From Bdellovibrionales bacterium (GTDB taxonomy: Bacteria; Bdellovibrionota; Bdellovibrionia; Bdellovibrionales; JAGQZY01): a DNA stretch of 64,000 nt. Below, one piece after another: positions 10,784-20,117 of this stretch (positions within the stretch are counted from its first letter, which is position 1; each line of letters begins with the position of its first letter). Below the pieces are notes generated by a model. That model had not been told where the DNA came from. It made no database searches and saw only the letters and a list, made by a program, of their open reading frames with translations. The position numbers and the translations under genes were made by a program. The DNA lies in NCBI GenBank assembly GCA_964230645.1, contig CAXRHT010000003.1, positions 512,001 through 576,000 on the forward strand, in the 5' to 3' direction.

Positions 10784-11581
10784 TTAATTCACACCAACGA
10801 TGGCTTTGGCCTCGTCTTGATCCCATGAAGAAGTAAATACGTCTTCAATCATTTCGTGGAGCTTTTCACGGTCCTGAACGTAAGGGTGAAGTTTTCTCAA
10901 AGCGGTCATTTGTTTATCGCTTGGAAAAAGATCCTCAAGAATGGTTTTTAGTTGTTCTGTCATGATCTCAGGATTTCCAGAGACTCCTTGGTAAGAAAGG
11001 ATAAACTCATCAATAATTTCAAACTTCTCGTCATCGAACGAAGCGGAATCTATTTTATCGAGGAACTCCTGAGTACTCATTGCAAAAAACTTTTTGGTTA
11101 GAAGTCTTTCAACATTGGAGACTTCCACTTTAACTCCAGCGGGCATAATGATCTCTAGGCGCACATAACAGCCTCCCTCAAGAGCTGTGATATTAGAATT
11201 TTCAATTTTAATGGAGCAGCTATAAGTCCCAGTGGAAAAAATATTCATAGAATCGCCGTTATAGTTCTCACGAATGGCTCCCCAGGAAGCGGAGTCTTTA
11301 AAGACAGTGTAAATACGAAGATCCATTTGGTCGGCTGGGATTTCATTAGAATATACTAATTCCACATCACCATCGAAGCCGAACAAATTGATGTTCACTT
11401 TCTTCATTCCTGCAATGTCAAAAGTCTCTGTTTCAATATCCGGATTGTAGGAGCTTGGAACATTTTTCCAGTTCACGCGGTTATTATTGGCTTTGCCACC
11501 GCTTCCTCCACCATTGTCATCACTACTACAGCCAGTAAAAATTAAACTTGTTATGAAAATAGCTATGGAAAGTGCGCGCAT
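10784..11581 (-). CDS. Lipoprotein with a C-terminal DUF4476-like domain
   Basis: Start moved to MRALSIAIF (GGGGG RBS-like upstream); lipobox FTGC and Gly/Ser linker. The C-terminal AMSTQEF...SFDDEK...QL...DKQMTALRKLHPYVQD pattern fits DUF4476. Confidence 0.65.
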   Translation of the reverse strand: MRALSIAIFITSLIFTGCSSDDNGGGSGGKANNNRVNWKNVPSSYNPDIETETFDIAGMKKVNINLFGFDGDVELVYSNEIPADQMDLRIYTVFKDSASWGAIRENYNGDSMNIFSTGTYSCSIKIENSNITALEGGCYVRLEIIMPAGVKVEVSNVERLLTKKFFAMSTQEFLDKIDSASFDDEKFEIIDEFILSYQGVSGNPEIMTEQLKTILEDLFPSDKQMTALRKLHPYVQDREKLHEMIEDVFTSSWDQDEAKAIVGVN

Positions 11582-11690
11582 AAGGCCCCCTGAAGATTGC
11601 TTTAAAGGGGGCATACTAGAATTAATAGACTGCTTGAGGCAAGACCGAATTTCACGCTCAGGCTTTAAAAAAAAGAAAGGGGTTCCAGTG

Positions 11691-11929
11691 CTGTCCGGTG
11701 GATTTCCCGCCACTGGCGTAAAACATGTCGCCGTGAGCGAACATGTCGTCTTGAGCGAAAATATGTCGTCTTGAGCGAAGCGAAAGACCTTAGATCCTTC
11801 GCTTCGCTCAGGATGACTCTGAGGAATTCTCAGAATGACTTTGAACAATTCGCAAGGATGACAATGAACAATTCTCAACGATGACATTGAACAATTCTTA
11901 AGGATGACCGGGGGCAATCCACCGGACAG
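11691..11929. mobile_element. MITE-like element, 239 bp, with 14-bp perfect terminal inverted repeats and a 5-bp flanking direct repeat; contains a REP-like palindrome
   Basis: CTGTCCGGTGGATT (11691-11704) and AATCCACCGGACAG (11916-11929); CAGTG on both sides (11686-11690 and 11930-11934). Confidence 0.7.
11723..11908. repeat. REP-like palindrome (GTCATCCTGAGCGAAGCGAAGGATCT type) with tandem degenerate copies of its ends
   Basis: Arms at 11765-11790 and 11792-11817. Three 18-20-bp left units, the last overlapping the arm; four 22-23-bp right units each ending ATGAC (at 11839, 11862, 11885, 11908). Confidence 0.85.
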
Positions 11930-11977
11930 CAGTGAAGATGTTCTTAAATTATTTCGTTAATTTAACAGGTTAGGATT

Positions 11978-12463
11978 CTACTTTGCACTTTCGTGTACAA
12001 AACGAGTGGTATAGTATTTCACCAAATAATCGGTCTTAATAGGCTGATTATTGTATGTCCAGACTAGGTCTCCGAATGGGCCCCATTTGGCTAAAAGATA
12101 TTCTTCACCATTGGCTTCCGCTTCAAAAGCGGGATTAATTCCTTGGGCTCTGTTGAACTTCATGGCCACAGTTCCGGGCTGTTTCATACTAAAAATTAGC
12201 TTAAAGCCATTGCGAAAGAGCATAAAGTCGGCTTGGGTTTGAGAGATGCTATAAACTTTAATACGCCCTATGGGTGAGCCCTTCATTTGATTAAAGGCTG
12301 TGGTGGCGTCAACGAACTCTCTTTTTAATTTCACTAAGAAAAGAGTGGTTTCCTCATGAAGGTGTTTTTCCGGTTGGAAACCGGTTGTAATTTCGATCAT
12401 GCCGGATTCTTCCATATCCTGTTCAGCTCTCACTAAATCCTGAATCCAAGTCATTTTGTCCAT
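11978..12463 (-). CDS. Cytoplasmic hypothetical protein
   Basis: GGAGG RBS before MDKMTW; 161 aa with protein-like composition. Confidence 0.7.
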   Translation of the reverse strand: MDKMTWIQDLVRAEQDMEESGMIEITTGFQPEKHLHEETTLFLVKLKREFVDATTAFNQMKGSPIGRIKVYSISQTQADFMLFRNGFKLIFSMKQPGTVAMKFNRAQGINPAFEAEANGEEYLLAKWGPFGDLVWTYNNQPIKTDYLVKYYTTRFVHESAK

Positions 12464-12535
12464 GCACCCTCCAAGGCGACGACGCTGCGCCGCAATTTCC
12501 ATGTTAGAGAGAAAGCGGCGTTTCTGTCAAGTTCC

Positions 12536-15490
12536 TCACAATCTTACGTTGAAAAAAGTTGTAAATCCTCCATATGCTTGCTGTTCTTCGCCGTAATAGA
12601 GTCCCAGGGTTAGGGCCACTGGCACGTGAAAGCCCACATTGACGTTGGCTTCAAACTCCATGCCGTAACCGGTGAAAAAGCGCCCAAATTCAGTAAATTG
12701 AGAGTCTCGAGTCAACGAGTTGTTATAGCGACCATCCAATGTGGAGGCATCAAAGATAAAACTACTCTGTAAATTCTTAAAAAACAGAGGCGGAGAGGTC
12801 CATCCGCTAAAAACATCAAGCAGTGGAAACCGGTACTCAATATTGGTGTTTACAATATTGCGAGCGATAAAAATTCCGGTGGGGTAGCCTCGTTGCAAAA
12901 AAGAAGCATTAGTCAGTTGCGGATTAAAGAAGGGGCCCGCCAAAGTGGTGGTGGCAAAAAAGCTATTGTTCAACTGCGGAGCGTAGCTCCCATTAAGAGC
13001 CATATAAAAAACATGGCGCTCGGGGAGGAAAGTGGACCAAAAAGTTCCAATATGCCCATAAGTTTCTCCGTAAGAAACACTTCCCAAATCAGCCATATAA
13101 TTCTTATGCCCCAGTTGCCCCTTCCACCCGGAGCTAGCTGAAATATCGCGAGGTTTTTGTTTCATATCTCGGTAGGCAAGCTCGAGTTGAGGACCTTGGC
13201 GGAGAAAATAGTCACCCCCAAATTCTAAGCCACTATAGTTCCAGCGAAACTGCAGCCGGGTGTGATCAAGAAAACCAAGTCTTGCACTCATAAGAGCTGT
13301 GGCATTTTGGTAATGAAGTGTGGTTCGAGTGGGGTAAAACCAGTTATAAAAGTCCGAAACTCCCACACCCAGTGTGACCGGAAGAGAGCGGTTGGTGTAA
13401 CTTAGAGAGGCTCCCGGTTTTTTAGTCAGAGTGTCCCACTGGCCGACCAGAGAAAGACTGTTAATCCCCAAAGGATCTCCGGCTGAGGTTTGGGCCTGAT
13501 AAATCGTTCCCCCATCCACGAGATATAAAAAAGGAATCCAGTGATTGGGATAAAGATAGCGCCAAGGGGAGAAGTCTTCCGTTTTTAAATCCTCTTTGGT
13601 CAGAGTGCTTTGCGGTTTTCTATCCTCTTCTTTTGCAGACTCACTCGAAGTGGCTTCTTCTTTTTTAATTTCTTTTTTCGCTTGCACAGGTACTGGTGCA
13701 TCGTTCAAAGCGAGTTGGCGCTCTCCCGGCTGAAAGAGGCTTTCCACTTGTGGAGGACGATCAGGAAGACTCTCCCACTGCGCTCCCTTTAAGTAAAAAA
13801 TTTTGGGTCCATCGACTGTGAGCTGACTATAGTAAAGACTGTCATCAAGTGGGTCGATATCTCCTTTAAGCACTCGAGTGATAGAGTTTGTGATCGCTTT
13901 GTAAGTCATTTTTTTGGGATCAAGGAGATAAAAGTTATCCACACCACTGGCTGGTGATGAAAAAAGAAGACCAAGGTGGGTGGGATGAAGAGAATGGATT
14001 TCCACTTCATCAAAGAAAACCGATTTTTCTTTTGAGGGCAGATCAATCTTTGCAATATGTGCGTTCTGACCGGGAACATGCTCCACAAAATAGATCTTAT
14101 CTTTTTCGCCACAAGAAAGATGTTTGAGGTTGTATCCCATGGGAGCTTGATAAACTTCCTTAACCTCTTGAGAGAACCAATCCAGGGACATGATTCGCTT
14201 TGATCCCGTGGTATTACTAAGGAAATAAAGGGTTTTTCCAAGAGGCGTGAAGCAAGCATCATGAGCTCTCATTCCGGTAGTGAGTCGACGGGATTCTTTC
14301 GTTTGTAGATCGTAAAAGTAAAGATCGAAAAAACGATTGTAAAAGTCATGACGATCAATCTTTTCATAGACAAAACCCGTGGCCGCAGGATGCCAAGCGA
14401 GAGTGCGAGTGCGGGTATTGGGTAAAATTCTTTTAGGCTTATAACCTCTGAAACCTTTTTTGGGATGCCGAAGAGTTAGATGAATATGCCCCATTCCATC
14501 GAGGTCATTACTGATAAAGGCCATCCATTGCCCGTCACTACTGATCTTAGGAGAAAGAACTCGTTTCTTTTCTTCGAGAGAAATCATCTCCCCATTGAGT
14601 TGTGAGGTGGACGTGATCACTTCAATTTGTTTTTTCGCTTTTTCGTCCCACCTGGCATAGGCTTTTTTAAGTTGTTCCTCATAAGTGGTACCCACATGGG
14701 TTTCAAGGACTCCATCGAGAAAATAGGGAATGCGGCGGGAATAACTTTGGTTCATTCTGTAGATAACATCGTTGCCTTTATCTTCTGTGATGCTGTCCCA
14801 AAGAATACCTCCGAAAAGGTAGGCTCTAGAACCACTGAGCCAGTCGGGGTGGCTATCATTAAGGTCACTTAAAGGAAACTCATCCCACCTTTTTTCAAAG
14901 CTTAAAGCTCGGGCCAATCCGTGAAGGTACTGAGAGTTAAGGCGCCCCCCTTTTTTAGTAAGGATGGACTCGGTGTAGGTCGCTAAACCCTCGGTGTACC
15001 AACGGGGAAGAATCATATTGGGATGAGCAATGGAGCCAAAAATCCAATAAAGGGGAGAAAACCAGCCATGAACCGGTTCCATATTTAAAATATGAGTGTA
15101 TTCATGGGAGATTAGTTCGTAATTAGAATCTTGAAACTCCCCGATGGCTGAATAAGGCATGGGTTTGACCGCAAGAAGTTGCACGATAGGGTGGGGGGTG
15201 ACTCGTGCGGAGCCATTGGCAAGATCGGTATTGTCGATAATTAAGAAAGTTGTCTTGCGAGGTTGCTCTAAAAACAGAGGTGTGACCTCCTCTTTTGCCC
15301 GTTCAAACTGCAGAATCGAGTATTCCGCCAACTCTTGATGTTTGGCGTCAAATATCCAATAAGCACTGTCGGTTTCAATTTCTTTCCATTCAATGGAAGG
15401 GTCCACTTGTGCCTGTAAGCCTTTAGGGTCGGCCAAAAGAATGAATTGTAAAATAAAAAACAGAAGAGAAAATCGACGAATTTTCAGCAT
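12536..15490 (-). CDS. Secreted gluzincin-type metallopeptidase + TolB/PD40-like beta-propeller + Omp85/BamA-like barrel
   Basis: Signal peptide; HEYTH plus downstream WYTEGLA. SPKISSDGQWMAF, LAWHP and FTPLGK propeller motifs; QRGYP and EYRFPL Omp85 motifs near the C-terminus. Confidence 0.75.
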   Translation of the reverse strand: MLKIRRFSLLFFILQFILLADPKGLQAQVDPSIEWKEIETDSAYWIFDAKHQELAEYSILQFERAKEEVTPLFLEQPRKTTFLIIDNTDLANGSARVTPHPIVQLLAVKPMPYSAIGEFQDSNYELISHEYTHILNMEPVHGWFSPLYWIFGSIAHPNMILPRWYTEGLATYTESILTKKGGRLNSQYLHGLARALSFEKRWDEFPLSDLNDSHPDWLSGSRAYLFGGILWDSITEDKGNDVIYRMNQSYSRRIPYFLDGVLETHVGTTYEEQLKKAYARWDEKAKKQIEVITSTSQLNGEMISLEEKKRVLSPKISSDGQWMAFISNDLDGMGHIHLTLRHPKKGFRGYKPKRILPNTRTRTLAWHPAATGFVYEKIDRHDFYNRFFDLYFYDLQTKESRRLTTGMRAHDACFTPLGKTLYFLSNTTGSKRIMSLDWFSQEVKEVYQAPMGYNLKHLSCGEKDKIYFVEHVPGQNAHIAKIDLPSKEKSVFFDEVEIHSLHPTHLGLLFSSPASGVDNFYLLDPKKMTYKAITNSITRVLKGDIDPLDDSLYYSQLTVDGPKIFYLKGAQWESLPDRPPQVESLFQPGERQLALNDAPVPVQAKKEIKKEEATSSESAKEEDRKPQSTLTKEDLKTEDFSPWRYLYPNHWIPFLYLVDGGTIYQAQTSAGDPLGINSLSLVGQWDTLTKKPGASLSYTNRSLPVTLGVGVSDFYNWFYPTRTTLHYQNATALMSARLGFLDHTRLQFRWNYSGLEFGGDYFLRQGPQLELAYRDMKQKPRDISASSGWKGQLGHKNYMADLGSVSYGETYGHIGTFWSTFLPERHVFYMALNGSYAPQLNNSFFATTTLAGPFFNPQLTNASFLQRGYPTGIFIARNIVNTNIEYRFPLLDVFSGWTSPPLFFKNLQSSFIFDASTLDGRYNNSLTRDSQFTEFGRFFTGYGMEFEANVNVGFHVPVALTLGLYYGEEQQAYGGFTTFFNVRL

Positions 15491-15580
15491 GTCTCCTCCT
15501 TAAGACAGAGCGAACAACGTTTTAAGAGTTTGACATCATTTAAAGAGATTTTAAAATACAAACACACAAAGGGGTGTAAA

Positions 15581-16075
15581 ATGTGGAGAAAAATCATTTT
15601 CGCTTTAACAGCTTTAAGTTTAGTTGCAGCATGTTCATCAAAAGAAAAAGACGAATCTGTCGTTGACGCCATGGAAGTGGATGGTGGCGTAACAGAAAAG
15701 CCTCTTGGCTTTGATCCCATGGGTTCAGATAGCGGAAACATCCCTGGTCTAGCGACTGTTCATTTTGAATATGACAGATTTAGCTTAAGCCCAGAAGCGC
15801 GTAACATCTTAGCGCAGAACGCTGAGTTCATGAGAGAAAACGAAAACGTAAGCTTACAAATCGAAGGGCATTGTGATTCCCGCGGATCGATTGAGTACAA
15901 CCTCACACTTGGGGAAAGACGTGCCAATGCAGTAAAGTCCTATCTCGTTAGTTTAGGAATTCCTGATAGCCGACTTTCAGTCCTGAGCTACGGGGAAGAA
16001 AAGCCAATGAACGCTGGTGACACTGAGTCCGCTCACGCTGCCAACAGACGAGCCAATTTCGTACCTGTTCAATAG
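15581..16075 (+). CDS. pal: Peptidoglycan-associated lipoprotein Pal
   Basis: Start MWRKII after AAGGGG; lipobox VAAC; OmpA-like motifs VHFEYD, IEGHCDSRGSIEYNLTLGERRA, SYGEEKP, NRRA. Confidence 0.93.
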   Translation: MWRKIIFALTALSLVAACSSKEKDESVVDAMEVDGGVTEKPLGFDPMGSDSGNIPGLATVHFEYDRFSLSPEARNILAQNAEFMRENENVSLQIEGHCDSRGSIEYNLTLGERRANAVKSYLVSLGIPDSRLSVLSYGEEKPMNAGDTESAHAANRRANFVPVQ

Positions 16076-16080
16076 GAACT

Positions 16081-16422
16081 ATGAAAAATACACGCTTGTT
16101 AAAAGCATTAAAAAAAGGGCCGCGCTTAGCGAGCCCTTTTTTATTTTTCCTGATCGTGAGTTGTGTGAACCCACAACCTTCCCGCGAAGAATACAATCTC
16201 GCCGTCACCGCTCTCCGTTCGGCCAGAGACAGTGAAGCCAAGCGTTACGCGCCTAAAGTCTATACGACAGCCAGGCGGTATTTTCGTAGAGCTGAACGGT
16301 CCTTTAAAGAGAAATATTATTCGGACGCCACTGACTATTTTAGGAAATCACGCTATTATGCAGAAAAGGCCGAGAACATCGCTCGGGTGAAAATGTTCAA
16401 GCAAGGAGATATGGCCCAATGA
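16081..16422 (+). CDS. DUF4398-like lipoprotein
   Basis: AGGA RBS, lipobox IVSC, and the helical A..ALRSARDSEAKRYAP..Y..A pattern. Confidence 0.7.
   Translation: MKNTRLLKALKKGPRLASPFLFFLIVSCVNPQPSREEYNLAVTALRSARDSEAKRYAPKVYTTARRYFRRAERSFKEKYYSDATDYFRKSRYYAEKAENIARVKMFKQGDMAQ
16110..16148 (+). terminator. Intrinsic terminator downstream of pal, embedded in the next CDS
   Basis: AAAAAAAGGGC-CGC-GCTTA-GCG-A-GCCC followed by TTTTTTATTTTT. Confidence 0.7.
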
Positions 16423-17117
16423 AATTATATAGCTTACCGGTCTTGATTTTGGTTCTTGGACTTGTGAGTGGCTGTCTAAAGACCCGCTCAGAGTTAAAGC
16501 AAAGCGGCAATGAAAGTGGAGTAGGGAGCATGCGCACTGACGCCAGTGGAAGTTATGTCGCAGGTAATATGGGACAGCAACAACGAGCCCAAATTGACTC
16601 TCGTTTCTTCGAAATTGATCGCGATTTCCGTCAACTTTATGGAAAAATCGAAACTCTTGAAAGAAAAATATCTGAGCTGGAATCAAAGCCTCAGGAGGCG
16701 GATACCTCGGGATCTGCTGCACCGGTTGATAATGAAAAAATTAAGTCTCTTGAAAAACGAATGTCGACGCTTGAGGAGGCTTTGTTATCAATTGATAAGA
16801 AACTCGATCAACTCACCAATGATAAAAGCGCTAGTTTAAAAAAAAGACTAGAGGACGCCAAAGGTCCTTTTGGGCGTGGAGAGATTCTCTACGCAATGGG
16901 CGAGTACGAAAAAGCGATCAGTAATTACAATGAGTATCGCAAAAACTTCCCAAGAGGTCGTAAATACGCTCAAGCCACATTAAAAATGGGTCTCTGTTTT
17001 CAAAGACTAAAAATGGGTCAAGATGCAAGAGCCTTTTACAAAGAAGTGATCCAAAGATACCCCAACACGAGAGCCTCTCAAGCCGCAAAATCCAATCTTC
17101 AAAAGATTAAGCTTTAG
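16419..17117 (+). CDS. cpoB: CpoB/YbgF-like coiled-coil + TPR lipoprotein
   Basis: Lipobox VSGC, coiled coil, C-terminal TPRs (ATLKMGLCF...FYKEVIQRYPNT); lies downstream of pal with an ATGA overlap to the preceding gene. Confidence 0.75.
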   Translation: MKLYSLPVLILVLGLVSGCLKTRSELKQSGNESGVGSMRTDASGSYVAGNMGQQQRAQIDSRFFEIDRDFRQLYGKIETLERKISELESKPQEADTSGSAAPVDNEKIKSLEKRMSTLEEALLSIDKKLDQLTNDKSASLKKRLEDAKGPFGRGEILYAMGEYEKAISNYNEYRKNFPRGRKYAQATLKMGLCFQRLKMGQDARAFYKEVIQRYPNTRASQAAKSNLQKIKL

Positions 17118-17961
17118 CTCTCTGCTCTTTCTTGTCCCCAAGAAAGGAAGTCCAGCAAATCTCAGCACCTAAAAACATAATAAGTGATGAGTAGTAAACC
17201 CAAACAAGAAGTACAACCAAAGATCCTGCCGCTCCGTAAGCTGAGCCGACGGCACTATTTCCTATATAAAGTCCGATTAAAAACTTTCCGAGCACAAATA
17301 AAAGGGCTGTGATCATGGCCCCAATAAAGGTGTTTTTCCATTTCAACTGCAAGTCCGGCATCCATTTAAAAATGACGCAAAAGGAAAGACTTAAGACAAA
17401 GAAGCTAAAAGCCTCATTGAGAAGATAAGTAAGAGTTTGAGCATCTTTTGGAAAGATATAATCAATGGCTGAAGAGAGCACCAGAGAAACAATGGCAATA
17501 AAAATTATGGCTAACAAGATCCCTATTGAGACCAAACGATCAAAGACCAATCTTTTAATTGTCTGAAATAAGGTTTCGTCCACTTCAGCCATCTCGTCAC
17601 TGTTGGTTTTAAAGATAATATTGAGTGTTGTCTGAATTTGAACGAAAATTAGACTTGCCGAAAAAAGCAAAATCCCAGCACTGATCAGTCCACTAAAAGA
17701 AATTAGGTCGGGTCGGTCTTGGGAAGCTTCAAGGACAGTTCTAAAAACATCGGCTCCTTGAGTACCGACCATATTGGCAATACTTGCTACCAATTGTTGC
17801 TGGAGTTCAATATCGATGACACCTAAAAAAACAACGATCAAGATCGCTAGCGGAGCAAAGGAAAAGGTTGTGTAAAAAGCAAGAGCCGCCGATCGGGTGA
17901 AAATCTCATCTTCACTAAAAGCTGTGATTAGATCTTGAAGGCTCTCAAAAATTTTACTCAT
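17107..17961 (-). CDS. YihY/BrkB family membrane protein
   Basis: SAALAFYTTFSFAP and SAYGAAGSLVVLLVWVYYSSLIMFLGAE motifs. The start at 17961 has GGAG upstream; an alternative start lies at 18045. Confidence 0.88.
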   Translation of the reverse strand: MSKIFESLQDLITAFSEDEIFTRSAALAFYTTFSFAPLAILIVVFLGVIDIELQQQLVASIANMVGTQGADVFRTVLEASQDRPDLISFSGLISAGILLFSASLIFVQIQTTLNIIFKTNSDEMAEVDETLFQTIKRLVFDRLVSIGILLAIIFIAIVSLVLSSAIDYIFPKDAQTLTYLLNEAFSFFVLSLSFCVIFKWMPDLQLKWKNTFIGAMITALLFVLGKFLIGLYIGNSAVGSAYGAAGSLVVLLVWVYYSSLIMFLGAEICWTSFLGDKKEQRAKA

Positions 17962-18220
17962 GTAGGGACTCCTTGAAACTCCTAATATAATTGTAAGAGT
18001 GAGAGCAATCTTTGTGTTACTGCGATCAAAATGTGGAGAAATCATAAAATTCTATCGGAATTTTTACTTCGAAGTCGAAGCGGATCAACTCCCACTGGAG
18101 CTAGGTTTTCTTCTCTGAATCTAGGAAAGTAAAGGAATTTTAATAAGTAAGAAGGGACCATTGTGGGGATTGTTTTGACAAATATTGTTTTTTTACAGGG
18201 GGAGAGATAATCTTTGATTC

Positions 18221-19384
18221 ATGAGCGAAGATCTTTCAGGAAAGCAAGGAGATTTTGGACTGGTACTCACGGGTGGAGGAGCCAGAGGGGCTTATCAAGC
18301 CGGAGTCATCGAAGGAATTTCCCAAATTCTTAGTTCGCAAGATCAAGACTTCCCCTTTCGTGTTCTCTCGGGGAGTTCCGCCGGAGCCATAAACTGCGCT
18401 TTTTTGGCCTGTAATCTTGAAACCTTTCAACAAACTTCTAATAACCTTTCCAAAATGTGGAAAGAGATCTCTTTTGCAGATATTTACAAAACCGATTTCT
18501 CAACTCTGGCACAGTTGGGGATGAGTTGGGCTAAGGGTTTAAGTTTTGGTGGGGCAGGAACTAAGTCAGCTCCCAATTACTTGCTTGATACGAGTCCCCT
18601 TTATAATTTGATTAAGACAAAAATTAATTTTTCCAATCTTCATCGCTTCGAAAAAATGGGTGGAACTCTCGCAATCAACACCACCCACTATCAGACCGGC
18701 GCCACGGTCACATTTTTTTCTGATGTGGATGAAAAAGAAATATGGAAAAGAACCCTAAGGTTTTCTTATCGCACTAAGATTGAGGCCGAACATATTCTAG
18801 CTTCTTCAGCCATACCGGTTTTATTTCCACCGGTGAAGCTCGGGCCCACATTCTATGGCGATGGGGCCATTCGTATGAAAACGCCAATGAGTCCTGCCAT
18901 TCATTTGGGGGCTACTAAAATTTTGGCGATTGGCGTGAAGAAAGCCAAATCATTAGAAGAAGTCGCCGCAAGCCTTGATGACAAAAAAGAGAGTATCTCA
19001 CTTGCTGAGATCGCTGGCACTCTTCTTAATAGTGTTTTCCTAGATTCCCTAGACGCAGATCTTGAGCGTTTGGATAGAATTAACCAAACCATTGCAAGGT
19101 GCAACCCGGCCGAGGTTAGTGAAATGAATTTACGTCATGTGGAAGTTTTAAAAATCCAGCCCTCAGAAGATTTAGGAGAGCTGGCTCAAAACACCATTGA
19201 GCACTTTCCGAGAACCATAAGATATCTAATGAAGGGAGCTGGTGCTGATGATAAAAGCGACAGTGACCTTTTAAGTTACCTTTCCTTTCATCACACTTAC
19301 ACAATTCCCCTGGTGGAATTAGGTATTAAAGACGCCTTTACTCAAAAAGACCGCATCCTGAAATTTTTCAGTTCCTCAATCTAA
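18221..19384 (+). CDS. Patatin-like phospholipase
   Basis: GGGARG oxyanion motif, GSSAG nucleophile elbow, ASSAIPVLFP and DGA. Confidence 0.92.
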   Translation: MSEDLSGKQGDFGLVLTGGGARGAYQAGVIEGISQILSSQDQDFPFRVLSGSSAGAINCAFLACNLETFQQTSNNLSKMWKEISFADIYKTDFSTLAQLGMSWAKGLSFGGAGTKSAPNYLLDTSPLYNLIKTKINFSNLHRFEKMGGTLAINTTHYQTGATVTFFSDVDEKEIWKRTLRFSYRTKIEAEHILASSAIPVLFPPVKLGPTFYGDGAIRMKTPMSPAIHLGATKILAIGVKKAKSLEEVAASLDDKKESISLAEIAGTLLNSVFLDSLDADLERLDRINQTIARCNPAEVSEMNLRHVEVLKIQPSEDLGELAQNTIEHFPRTIRYLMKGAGADDKSDSDLLSYLSFHHTYTIPLVELGIKDAFTQKDRILKFFSSSI

Positions 19385-19567
19385 GCTATTTTTTTTAATA
19401 TTAAACTCAATTCATTATTTCCAATCCCTTCGAGCAGAGCCTTAGAGGCCTATTTTAGCCATCTCGAATCTCAGAAAATATTCCTAGAATTCGAATTCCG
19501 GACATAAAATTCGGACCAATAAGTCTGTAACCACCTAAATTTACATATAAGTTCTATCTCTCTACTT

Positions 19568-19584
19568 TTGGAACAGCTCCTGCA
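19568..19584 (+). promoter_or_regulatory. Putative sigma-54 (-24/-12) promoter of the Hint/subtilase/MACPF operon
   Basis: TTGGAACAGCTCCTGCA with GG(19570-71)-N10-GC(19582-83), about 57 bp upstream of the first ATG. Confidence 0.55.
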
Positions 19585-19640
19585 CAATGTGACGGCGTTA
19601 GAAACAAACAACCCCAACAACCTTTAAGAGAGGAGAAATT

Positions 19641-20096
19641 ATGAAATTATTACTAAGTCTTTTAGTTATACTCGCCACCCCCTTTAGCACGGCTCTAGCC
19701 GCTGATGCGTGTATCACAGGGATTCAAATCCCTGCTCGTTATCAGAGTTTCGAAGATTACCCAATCGACAGAGAGGCTCAAGTCTACTTGGCTAACTACA
19801 GCTGTCAGGACATCGAGGTGGTGTCAACCGGTTTGAAAGCGCTCGGTATTGTGATGAATGTGGGAGCGTTATCAATATCTTGTTCGGTTGGCGGTGTGCC
19901 CGTATCGATCATTCTCGGAGGAGCGGCCGCAGGTTTAAACACCATTGATCTTTATGTCTCGAGTCTTGATTGCACTGATATCGAAGCCGAAGAAAAACGC
20001 AAACAAGAAATTGATGAGGCCGTTTGCCGAGCTCTCAACCAACAAGGCATTGAGTGCCAAACCCCCTTAGAAAATCAAAATGGAATTAGCATTTAA
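19641..20096 (+). CDS. Secreted Cys-rich protein with a central Gly/Ala-rich hydrophobic hairpin (bacteriocin/pore-former-like; function unknown)
   Basis: AGAGGAG RBS, signal peptide ending ALA-A, six Cys, and the hydrophobic segment ALGIVMNVGALSISCSVGGVPVSIILGGAAAGL. Confidence 0.7.
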   Translation: MKLLLSLLVILATPFSTALAADACITGIQIPARYQSFEDYPIDREAQVYLANYSCQDIEVVSTGLKALGIVMNVGALSISCSVGGVPVSIILGGAAAGLNTIDLYVSSLDCTDIEAEEKRKQEIDEAVCRALNQQGIECQTPLENQNGISI

Positions 20097-20117
20097 CAAA
20101 CGCTCCAAGGATCAATA

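Noticed and set aside
11811..11908. 22-23-bp periodic repeats (and the 20-bp units at 29021-29120) as a mini CRISPR array
   Set aside because: The units are contiguous degenerate tandem copies with no unique spacers, and there are no cas genes in the window.
11582..11917. N-terminal extension of track ORF 10784..11917
   Set aside because: It runs through the MITE/REP element; a lipoprotein signal with an RBS-like sequence starts at 11581.
15530..15580. Longer track starts for pal, and for the genes ending at 11978, 29296, 39472 and 47663
   Set aside because: Downstream starts have a better RBS and/or put the signal peptide at the N-terminus.
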